Positions 17,702 through 25,784 of a stretch of 43,321 bases of DNA are shown one piece after another. Made by a program: the position numbers and the translations under genes. The first letter of the stretch is position 1; each line of letters begins with the position of its first letter. The notes beneath the pieces were generated by a model. The model ran no database searches. It was not told where the DNA came from and saw only the letters and a program-made list of their open reading frames with translations. Source of the DNA: an uncultured Bacteroidales bacterium (GTDB lineage Bacteria > Bacteroidota > Bacteroidia > Bacteroidales > JBBRXJ01); assembly GCA_964390955.1 (NCBI GenBank), contig CAYMKE010000002.1, positions 1-43,321 of the forward strand, written 5' to 3'.

Positions 17702-18619
17702 ATGAAATTCATTGGGTTTAAAATTATAATTTTTACTTTATATATTCAGCTAAATGCTCAAACGAGTTCTTTGGTCAGCCAGCATATGTTTTCCGGGTCT
17801 ATATACAATCCGGCATATACAGGAAGCAATGAAGCCCTTTCAGCATCTGTGATTCATAAAAACCAATGGGTCGGGATTGAAGGAGCACCTGTTACAGAGC
17901 TTTTTACACTACATACGCCTTTAAAGAAGTACCGTTTTGCATTAGGCCTTGCTTTTACACACGAAAGCATCGGGATATTCAACAAAAGCAGATTATTACT
18001 TAATTATGCATACCGCATACCTGCAGGCAATGGGAAGTTTGCAATGGGGATGTCAGCCGGATTCATCAACACCAGTGCACATTATCATAAAATTCACCTG
18101 ATTGAAGATAATGACAGGGCATATACCGGGCAAGCAACGTCATATTTATATCCGAATGTTGGACTTGGTTGTTATTATTATTCCGGCCTTTTTTATTGGG
18201 GATTCTCAATACCTTCAATAGGGAATGTACAAAGTGCAAAAAATGGGTATAATATGTCACTGAACTTTTCTCCGGTAAACTATACATATATGTTTGCTAC
18301 AGGATGGAAAATGTTTAATAAAAACGATAATTTTACATTAAACCCTTCAGTTTTATTAAAATACAATAATAATTTTAGTTTTCAATACGATTTAACATTA
18401 TTTGGGATTTTTCATAATAAAGTTTGGTTGGGAACGACTTACCGGATAAAAAATAATTTTGTAGTACTCGCAAAATATCATATTAATAATCAATTAAGTA
18501 TTGGATATGCATATGACATGGGAATCGGAGAACTAAGCAACGCAAATAGCGGGTCTCATGAGATTATGTTACAATATGTGTTTAATTATTTGGTAAAAGC
18601 TGTAAGCCCCAGATTATGA
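17702..18619 (+). CDS. PorP/SprF family type IX secretion system membrane protein
   Basis: 305 aa, starting 9 nt after the type B cargo gene. Signal peptide, then 'SQHMFSGSIYNPAYTG'. 'ASVIHKNQWVGIEGAP' and the C-terminal 'GSHEIMLQYVF' fit the family pattern. Confidence 0.88.
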   Translation: MKFIGFKIIIFTLYIQLNAQTSSLVSQHMFSGSIYNPAYTGSNEALSASVIHKNQWVGIEGAPVTELFTLHTPLKKYRFALGLAFTHESIGIFNKSRLLLNYAYRIPAGNGKFAMGMSAGFINTSAHYHKIHLIEDNDRAYTGQATSYLYPNVGLGCYYYSGLFYWGFSIPSIGNVQSAKNGYNMSLNFSPVNYTYMFATGWKMFNKNDNFTLNPSVLLKYNNNFSFQYDLTLFGIFHNKVWLGTTYRIKNNFVVLAKYHINNQLSIGYAYDMGIGELSNANSGSHEIMLQYVFNYLVKAVSPRL

Positions 18620-18658
18620 ATTTACAAATAACTATTTGTATTAATAAAAAATAAACAT

Positions 18659-18779
18659 ATGAACCGAGCATATAAAAAATAATCATTTTTTGCACACACG
18701 AGAATGATTGTTTTTTACATGCGAGCTCCATATGGCCATTGAACTAAGCATAGCAATCTCATAAACGAAGTGAGTAAAA
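18659..18779 (+). repeat. intergenic repeat family U, longest copy (upstream of the PD40/PKD gene)
   Basis: The 3' 85 nt (18695-18779) align with 42277-42360. That includes a 43-nt stretch 'ccattgaactaagcatagcRatctcatRaacgaagtgagtaaaa' with 2 mismatches. The 5' ~50 nt (18659-18709) align with 36381-36427 ('atgaaccgag ... cacacacg.g.atgatt'). Confidence 0.8.
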
Positions 18780-18794
18780 TTTAAAAATAAACAG

Positions 18795-20201
18795 ATGAAA
18801 GTGATCCTTAGAATTTTTTTTCTTATCCTTTTTGAATCCATTCTTTATCATTCTTATTCACAATTCAGAACAAACAATTATAGTTTGGAAAGACTCCCTT
18901 TTAATACAGATCAATTCAATGAATTTTCCCCTGCCATGTATAATAATGGGTTGGTATTTTGTTCTGATCGCGAAAAAGGTGAATTTATAAGATATTCTAC
19001 ACCTGATAATAAATCTGTATTTGATTTATTTTATATAAAAAAGACACTGGAAGGTTGGGGAGACGTAGAAATTTTTTCTAAAAACCTTGATTTTCCTGCA
19101 CATAAAGGGCCATTAACATTTTCAAAAGATAAAAAAACCATATATTATACCCGGAATATTTATAAAAATAAAAAAGGCAGTGATAATAAGCTGGGAATTT
19201 TTATTGCACAATTTATAGACGGACAATGGATAGAAAAATATCCGTTTAAATACAATCAGGATACATTTAATGTACAACATCCTGCATTGAATTTTGATGG
19301 AGATGAACTTTTTTTTGTTTCCGATATGCCCGGCGGAGTTGGTGGGAAAGATATATATGTGTGTAAAAAACAAGCGAATGAATGGCTGCCGCCCAAAAAT
19401 CTTGGAGACGTAATTAATACGGAAGGGAATGAATTGTACCCGTTTGTAACTGAAAATGGCAGAATATTTTTTACTTCGGATAAACATGATAAAATAGGAA
19501 GACTTGATATATTTTTTTCAGACAGAAGTAAAGAAAAATGGAGTAACCCCACTAAACTCCCCGCTCCATTCAATTCTTTTGCAGACGATTTTGGATATGT
19601 ATCTAACAGCAATAATGAAATAGGGTACTTTTCTTCTAATCGTGAGGGCAGTGATGACATTTACTCATTTACGGTTCCTTTCCCCGAATTTGAAAATTGT
19701 GATTCAGTAAAAGAAGAAGATTACTGCATTGAAGTATTTGAAAAAGGTGCAATGGAACTGGGAACCACATCATTTAAATATGAATGGGATTTTGGTGACG
19801 GAACAACAAAACGCGGCTTAAAGACTGAACATTGTTATAGCGGCCCCGGAAAATATATCATTGAACTAAATGTTATTGATACAATAACAAACCAGGTGTT
19901 TATGAATGAGGCAACGTATACTTTAGAACTGGAGCAAATAAAACAGGTTTATATCAATGCGCCGGATACATTTTATGTGAATAAAAAAATTGAGTTGACA
20001 GGGCAACCCATGAACCTGGACTTTGAAATTAGCGATTATTATTGGTTTTTAGGAGATGAAACGCAAAGAAGAGGGAAAAAAATTTATCATAAATACAAAA
20101 AAAAGGGAGATTATAAAATTATTTTAGGCGTAAAATCCAAAGAAGATGATGAATACTCAAAAAGATGCAATTATAAAATGATAAAAATATTACCTAAATA
20201 G
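18795..20201 (+). CDS. PD40/TolB-like beta-propeller repeat protein with C-terminal PKD-like domains
   Basis: 468 aa. Signal peptide. PD40-type repeats: 'EFSPAMYNNGLVFCSDR', 'VQHPALNFDGDELFFVSDMPGGVGGKDIY', 'GNELYPFVTENGRIFFTSDK' and 'IGYFSSNREGSDDIY'. PKD motif 'YEWDFGDGTTKRGLKTEHCYSGPGKYIIELNV', plus a second degenerate copy 'YWFLGDETQRRGKKIYHKYKKKGDYKIILGV'. Confidence 0.75.
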   Translation: MKVILRIFFLILFESILYHSYSQFRTNNYSLERLPFNTDQFNEFSPAMYNNGLVFCSDREKGEFIRYSTPDNKSVFDLFYIKKTLEGWGDVEIFSKNLDFPAHKGPLTFSKDKKTIYYTRNIYKNKKGSDNKLGIFIAQFIDGQWIEKYPFKYNQDTFNVQHPALNFDGDELFFVSDMPGGVGGKDIYVCKKQANEWLPPKNLGDVINTEGNELYPFVTENGRIFFTSDKHDKIGRLDIFFSDRSKEKWSNPTKLPAPFNSFADDFGYVSNSNNEIGYFSSNREGSDDIYSFTVPFPEFENCDSVKEEDYCIEVFEKGAMELGTTSFKYEWDFGDGTTKRGLKTEHCYSGPGKYIIELNVIDTITNQVFMNEATYTLELEQIKQVYINAPDTFYVNKKIELTGQPMNLDFEISDYYWFLGDETQRRGKKIYHKYKKKGDYKIILGVKSKEDDEYSKRCNYKMIKILPK

Positions 20202-20220
20202 TGTCCGTCTATAAAGTCAA
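20199..20220 (+). repeat. 22-nt stop-codon-overlapping motif 'tagtgtcYgtctataaagtca', copy 1
   Basis: Identical to 43255-43276 except for one C/T difference. In both copies the first three bases are the TAG stop of the upstream CDS. Confidence 0.8.
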
Positions 20221-20342
20221 GTGTTTGGATCATAATGTTCGATAACGAGGCTTGCGAAGCCCCAAAATGCGCAGTTTACTGGCGTAAATGAGCAATTTTG
20301 GGGCAAGCGTAACGAAGTTAGCGGACATTATGGACAAACACT
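20220..20342. repeat. imperfect palindromic intergenic element, family P, copy 2
   Basis: 'agtgtttgg ... ccaaacact'-type arms. The left arm 'agtgtttggatcataatgttcg' pairs with the right arm 'cggacattatggacaaacact'. The central 10-bp stem is 'gccccaaaat' (20259-20268) / 'attttggggc' (20295-20304). An 11-nt direct repeat 'ctaaatagtgt' flanks it at 20194-20204 and 20341-20351. Confidence 0.8.
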
Positions 20343-20445
20343 AAATAGTGTTTTTTATATACACTATTTTTTTTAATTTATTCGTATAATAAATAAAAAA
20401 AAAGTGTATATTACAAACAGAATTGTGAAAGTAAATTGTATAGCG

Positions 20446-21408
20446 ATGATTAGATGTGTATTGATTGTTTTTCTTTTTAATATATTGCTGAATACATCAG
20501 GGCAGCCTGTTCCTGCAGAAGAAGAAAACATACCCTATTTGATGACATTTGGCCCGGAAGCTTCGACAAAATGGGGAGATGATGATTATGCACAAATATT
20601 TTTCTTTCTTGTGCCTAAACATTTTTCAATGCCCCTTTTTATCAGGATTTATGACCCGGATGTTGGAGGACAAATAGATGAAGCCAATGGGGATTTCAAT
20701 ACAACAATGAGTTATTCAATATATGGAGGCCAGGGAGCTTATTCAAACAAAGATGCACAAAGCCCGGAACCAACCGGCAATTATAATAGCGGGAATTTAT
20801 TGGATGCCAGGACATTCAGAAATGACGGGCAGTTTGATGAAAAATGGTTTACATTTGGCCCGTTCAATCCAACTGAAGGAGAATTTATAAAAAAATTTGA
20901 CGGATATATATTCAAAATTATTGTCCAGGGAGAAAGTGGAGATGATGGAAATTTATACCGGTTTTTCCTTAGTACTCAAATGAATGAAAACAAACGAATT
21001 GAAGGAGCCAATGCATTTGCTTATGAATATTCTTTTAGAATGCACAACGATCCTAATGAAGTTTCTCATATTTATCCTTATATAGATGATAAAACCATTT
21101 CTGTTAAACAATCTAATTTTGACTGGGATAACGATGGGCATATCAGAATTGTTTCTGTTGCCCGAAGAGGAACATTCGTTAAAGCATCAGGGGATAATGA
21201 GTGGGTAACAACAGAATTTAAAATTAAAGAAGAGGAAAAAGGAACATCTTTAGATTTCCAGTTTATTAAAAACAAGACAACACCTATTAAAAATAATAAT
21301 GTTGTAATATATGTAACAAATCAATATGGTGAGCTTTTACCCTTTTATACTATTCCCATTGGTGGTGTACCTAAATATAAATATCAAATTGGGGTGAAAA
21401 GAAAGTAA
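20446..21408 (+). CDS. hypothetical secreted protein, family not recognised
   Basis: The track ORF begins at a GTG (20404). I prefer the ATG at 20446, which gives the signal peptide 'MIRCVLIVFLFNILLNTSGQ'. The mature part is beta-rich and has an acidic motif 'IRIYDPDVGGQIDEANGDF'. Confidence 0.6.
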   Translation: MIRCVLIVFLFNILLNTSGQPVPAEEENIPYLMTFGPEASTKWGDDDYAQIFFFLVPKHFSMPLFIRIYDPDVGGQIDEANGDFNTTMSYSIYGGQGAYSNKDAQSPEPTGNYNSGNLLDARTFRNDGQFDEKWFTFGPFNPTEGEFIKKFDGYIFKIIVQGESGDDGNLYRFFLSTQMNENKRIEGANAFAYEYSFRMHNDPNEVSHIYPYIDDKTISVKQSNFDWDNDGHIRIVSVARRGTFVKASGDNEWVTTEFKIKEEEKGTSLDFQFIKNKTTPIKNNNVVIYVTNQYGELLPFYTIPIGGVPKYKYQIGVKRK

Positions 21409-21472
21409 AAAGAAACCTGTTTTTTTACAAAAAATGTATCCATAATTGAAATTTTGCGTAAAATAAATTATC

Positions 21473-21480
21473 TAAATTTG
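21473..21480 (+). promoter_or_regulatory. candidate -7 box (TAAATTTG) for the sensor phosphatase gene
   Basis: Matches TAnnTTTG, 23 nt upstream of the ATG at 21504. Confidence 0.4.
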
Positions 21481-21503
21481 TTCAATACATATTTTATAAA
21501 ATA

Positions 21504-24500
21504 ATGAGATACAGAATTGTTCATGCTCTTATAGTTTTTTTTGTAAGTGTACTTATTGTCTTTTCACAAAATTACAATTTCACACATTATAATATTGAAG
21601 ACGGCCTTTGTCATAGATTCATATATACCATACATCAGGATAACGACGGGTATATGTGGCTGGGTACAGGGGAAGGCCTCTGTAAGTTTGACGGGATTAA
21701 ATTTTCAAGTGAAATAAAAGGTGATTCTATTTCTTCTGATTACATCACTTATAGTTATAAAGACAAGCAGGAGGGGATTTGGTTTGGACATAATGACGGA
21801 AGCATTTCTTTTTTTAAAAATGGTATCTTTCACAGGATCAATACAACCCCTTACTTTAAAAGCAAAGTAAATGCTATTACAGAAGATAATCAAAATAATA
21901 TTTATGCATTGTCTCAAAATGAGGGAATCGTTAAAATAAACAAACATCACGAAATACAAGTTATATCAACCGGGCTCAATAATATATTATTTTATTCTTT
22001 TGTATTATATAATAAAAATCAATTGTTATTAGGAACCAATGAGGGGTTATTCTTTGGAAATATCAATAATACCAACTTATTGGCACATAAAATAGATGAG
22101 TTTCCTTCAACAAAAATTACAAGTATAATCCCCTCCAAAACAATGGATGGTTTCTGGGTTGCAACCAGTACGGATGGATTGTATTTTGTTCGTAATATCA
22201 ATACAAAGCAAATTGAAGTAAACAATGTTGGAAATACATTAAATCTTGAAAATGTAAATATACAATACTTAACCCATGACAGGCATCATAATTTATGGAT
22301 AGCAACATTTGGCAATGGGGCATATAAAATGAGTTATTCAGAAAACGAAAAAAAATATGATCAAATAGTTCACTATAATCAGAGTAATGGATTGGGAAGT
22401 CAATATGTAAAACATATTTTTGAAGACAAGGAAGGCAATATATGGTTTGCAACATATGGATCGGGATTGGCAGGGTTGGTTATGAATGCCTATAAATTTT
22501 TTAATTATGAAGATCACCCCTTAAATAATAATGCTTTATCCATTGAAAAAAATGATAGCATTTATTGGATTGGAGGAGAAAAAGGGCTTTTAAAGGTTGT
22601 ATCACAGTCCGGTGGCGGATTTAAATATCTTTCTTTTGATAAAAAAAACGGACTGCCTGAAGACAGGATAATATCTTTGTATATTGATAAAGAAAATACT
22701 CTTTGGGTGGGAACCTCACAATATGGGCTATACAAAAAAGAACAAAACCAAAATTATTTTACACAATATTTTATTTCAAATAATTCATTAGCAAATAAAG
22801 TCACGGATATTACCGGAGATGATTCAACATTATATTGTGCAACACATAATGGAGTGTATGTTTTTAATACAAGAAATAATGAAAAAAAGCATTATAATAC
22901 TTTGAATGGCCTTCCTCACAATAAAATAAATGATATATGTAAAAAGGGAAATAATACTATTTATATTGCAACAAAAAGCAATGGCATTTATACTTTAAAC
23001 GGAGATGAAGCTTTCGCCCTTAAATCTAATGTTCAACTCGAATTTACATGCCTCACAATTGATCAAAATGGAGTATTATGGGCAGGAACATATGGCGACG
23101 GAGTGTTTAAATTTACCAGCGACTCATTGATCAATTATTCAACAAACAAAGGATTGAAATCAAATTATTGTTATAGTATTGGCCAGGATGCCAAAGAAAC
23201 TATTTGGGTTGGACATCGGTTGGGGTTGAGCAGAATCTATTCAAATCAGAAAATTGAACAATATGGGCCAAAAAAAGGGTTTAAAGGAGATTGCAATCCT
23301 AATGCCATCATTAAAGAAAATCCTCTTTTTTTTATTGGTACCAACCAGGGAATGATATGCATTAACAGTGATAAAGAACAGCCCAATAAAACCCCGCCCA
23401 ATACAAATATTATATCAGTTATTATAAATGATAAACCCTATGACCCGGCAGAATCCATTAAACTTCCTTATGGGTCGTATAAAGTTGATTTTAAATATAT
23501 TGGTGTCAATCTTACAGCCCCTGAAGATGTAACATATTCCTATAAATTAGATGGATTTGACCTTGGATGGAATCAGGCAGGCAATAATCGTATTGCTAAA
23601 TACAGCAGACTGGATGATGGGAATTATACGTTTTTGGTGAAATCATGTAATGAAAATGGAATCTGCAATACAGAACCAACAACCTTTAATTTAAAAATTA
23701 GTATACCATTTTGGAAAACATGGTGGTTTATATTGGGGGTAATCATCCTTTTAATTTTACTGGTCATACTTATCATTGCCATTCGAGAACGAAATCACCG
23801 GAAATTACAGGAATACCTCGAAACGCAATTGGACTTAAGGACTAAAGAAGTGCAGATGCAAAAAAAAGAACTTGAAATTAAAAACAAAAACATCACTGAC
23901 AGTATTAACTATGCCAGGAGAATACAATCGGGTATGCTTCCTTCGTTATCAAGGATTCATCAAACAGTAAAAGACGCTTTTGTATTTTACCTGCCACGTG
24001 ATATTGTAAGCGGTGATTTTTTCTGGTTTAATCAGAATAAAAACGGTGACTATATTATTGTATGTGCTGATTGTACCGGACATGGGGTGCCAGGGTCAAT
24101 GCTGTCAATGATAGGAATGACCCTGTTAAAAGATATTTGCAATCGAACCGATGTCAAAACCCCTTCTGATATTCTGTCTCACCTCGAAAAAGAGATACAA
24201 AATATTTTGAATCAAAACGAGGATACTCAATCCAATGATGGTATGGATATGACCATTGTCCAACTCAACCCGAAAACAAATAAAGCACTTATTTCTTCTG
24301 CAATGCAGACCTTTATCATTGTAAAAAACAATGAATTATTGAAATTAAAAGGTGAAAGCGTACCCATTGGTGGAGATCCTTTGATAAGAAAAAAAATGAA
24401 AAAAGATTTTAAAACAATGGAAATACAATTAAATGAACAAGATATTATTTATATGTTTTCCGATGGATTTGTTGACCAGTTTGGAGGGGAAAAAGAAGAT

Positions 24501-24653
24501 AAATTCAAAATAAGGCGAATGATGAGCCTTATAAGTGAAATACATCAAAAACCAATGAACGAACAAAAAATATTGATTGAGAAAAAATTTTATGCGTGGA
24601 AAGGAGATAACAGCCAGGTAGACGATATTTTATTTATGGGAATCAGGCTATAA
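21504..24653 (+). CDS. transmembrane sensor: periplasmic two-component-regulator propeller repeats plus Y_Y_Y domain, TM helix, cytoplasmic PP2C/SpoIIE phosphatase
   Basis: 1049 aa. Repeated 'D..G.(I/L)W(I/F/V)(G/A)T..G(L/V)' propeller blades. Y_Y_Y-like 'YSYKLDGFDLGWNQAGNNRIAKYSRLDDGNYTFLVKSCNENG'. TM helix 'WWFILGVIILLILLVILIIAI'. SpoIIE motifs 'SGDFFWF', 'DCTGHGVPGSMLSMIG', 'DGMDMTIV', 'FSDGFVDQFGG' and 'DDILFMGIRL'. Confidence 0.87.
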   Translation: MRYRIVHALIVFFVSVLIVFSQNYNFTHYNIEDGLCHRFIYTIHQDNDGYMWLGTGEGLCKFDGIKFSSEIKGDSISSDYITYSYKDKQEGIWFGHNDGSISFFKNGIFHRINTTPYFKSKVNAITEDNQNNIYALSQNEGIVKINKHHEIQVISTGLNNILFYSFVLYNKNQLLLGTNEGLFFGNINNTNLLAHKIDEFPSTKITSIIPSKTMDGFWVATSTDGLYFVRNINTKQIEVNNVGNTLNLENVNIQYLTHDRHHNLWIATFGNGAYKMSYSENEKKYDQIVHYNQSNGLGSQYVKHIFEDKEGNIWFATYGSGLAGLVMNAYKFFNYEDHPLNNNALSIEKNDSIYWIGGEKGLLKVVSQSGGGFKYLSFDKKNGLPEDRIISLYIDKENTLWVGTSQYGLYKKEQNQNYFTQYFISNNSLANKVTDITGDDSTLYCATHNGVYVFNTRNNEKKHYNTLNGLPHNKINDICKKGNNTIYIATKSNGIYTLNGDEAFALKSNVQLEFTCLTIDQNGVLWAGTYGDGVFKFTSDSLINYSTNKGLKSNYCYSIGQDAKETIWVGHRLGLSRIYSNQKIEQYGPKKGFKGDCNPNAIIKENPLFFIGTNQGMICINSDKEQPNKTPPNTNIISVIINDKPYDPAESIKLPYGSYKVDFKYIGVNLTAPEDVTYSYKLDGFDLGWNQAGNNRIAKYSRLDDGNYTFLVKSCNENGICNTEPTTFNLKISIPFWKTWWFILGVIILLILLVILIIAIRERNHRKLQEYLETQLDLRTKEVQMQKKELEIKNKNITDSINYARRIQSGMLPSLSRIHQTVKDAFVFYLPRDIVSGDFFWFNQNKNGDYIIVCADCTGHGVPGSMLSMIGMTLLKDICNRTDVKTPSDILSHLEKEIQNILNQNEDTQSNDGMDMTIVQLNPKTNKALISSAMQTFIIVKNNELLKLKGESVPIGGDPLIRKKMKKDFKTMEIQLNEQDIIYMFSDGFVDQFGGEKEDKFKIRRMMSLISEIHQKPMNEQKILIEKKFYAWKGDNSQVDDILFMGIRL

Positions 24654-24658
24654 CATTT

Positions 24659-25564
24659 CTAATATTCCAATCCAAGATTTTCTCTTAATTTCCTGTCAGA
24701 CTTTTTGTTTTTATTCCAATAATCAATCATCACTGTTTCCTTTAATGTTGCCTTTGTCGTCATTCCATCATATTTATCCTCCCATGATAAAATATGATAT
24801 GGGAATGTATTTTTAAAACGAATGGATAATGTCCTCTCCAAAGTTTTGTATGTAATTGAATAAATTGAAATAGATTGATCTGCTTTCAATACATTTAATT
24901 CTCCGGTTGCTTCGTAAACATTATATTCACAATGTGATAAACGTTGAAAAAGGGTGCCGGGGATAACCTTGAATTGTCCTTTAGGAAGTTTTTCCGGTGC
25001 AAGCCTTATCATTGTCCATATCTCGTCTTCCGGCATAGCATTTTTTAATATAAACTCCTGATCGCCTTCTTTTTCAAAATAAGAAAACAAATGCCCTTTG
25101 TACCCATCCTCAATCCTGTTCATTTGAGTAAATGTGTGTCCGCACCACTCCTGAGAAGCAGCAGTGATTTTCATGGTTGGATTGTTTTGTTTCTGGTGGA
25201 CAGGCGTAAAAACAGAAGCCATCACAGAATAGGGATACATTCCGGTAATGAATTTTTTGGTTAGATTTAATTTTAAAACCTTTTCAGCATCATTTCCTGC
25301 TTGTCTGGGATTATCCAACTTTACTTGCTTTTTCTTTGACAAATCTTCTGTCACAAAAATTAATATGGCATGGCCATCTCTTAGTTCTCCATATCTTGCT
25401 TGTTTGAGGTTATAGCTCGTTATTTCTGCTTCTCCACGATACCAATAAGCGCTGAACTCTGCATTTGTGTAACCAAAAAACTCTTCTCTATTTGCAGTTA
25501 ATGAGCAGCCGATATGCTGGATGCTTAAAAAAAACAATGAGGCAATTAAAAAGATACGTATCAT
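24659..25564 (-). CDS. hypothetical lipoprotein
   Basis: 301-aa ATG ORF, convergent with the phosphatase gene (5-nt gap). Signal peptide with a lipobox-like 'SIQHIGCS'. I recognise no family. Confidence 0.65.
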   Translation of the reverse strand: MIRIFLIASLFFLSIQHIGCSLTANREEFFGYTNAEFSAYWYRGEAEITSYNLKQARYGELRDGHAILIFVTEDLSKKKQVKLDNPRQAGNDAEKVLKLNLTKKFITGMYPYSVMASVFTPVHQKQNNPTMKITAASQEWCGHTFTQMNRIEDGYKGHLFSYFEKEGDQEFILKNAMPEDEIWTMIRLAPEKLPKGQFKVIPGTLFQRLSHCEYNVYEATGELNVLKADQSISIYSITYKTLERTLSIRFKNTFPYHILSWEDKYDGMTTKATLKETVMIDYWNKNKKSDRKLRENLGLEY

Positions 25565-25595
25565 AATTTATATAGTTATGTTATTTTTTATAAAT

Positions 25596-25603
25596 CAAAT
25601 ATA
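25596..25603 (-). promoter_or_regulatory. candidate -7 box (TATATTTG) for the lipoprotein gene
   Basis: The minus-strand sequence matches TAnnTTTG, 31 nt upstream of the ATG at 25564. A second identical box lies at 25639-25646. Confidence 0.3.
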
Positions 25604-25784
25604 AGGGGGCTTCTATTAATTATTTTCTTTCAAAAAAACAAATATAATGAATAAGATACAAGGAAAAAATAATTATAATCGTGTGTACAAAAAATGTTTA
25701 TTTTTTATATACCCGTTTCATTGATTTGTTTTGATTTGTATGTATATATCTTTATATTTACATTCATATTTTAATAATCTTAAT

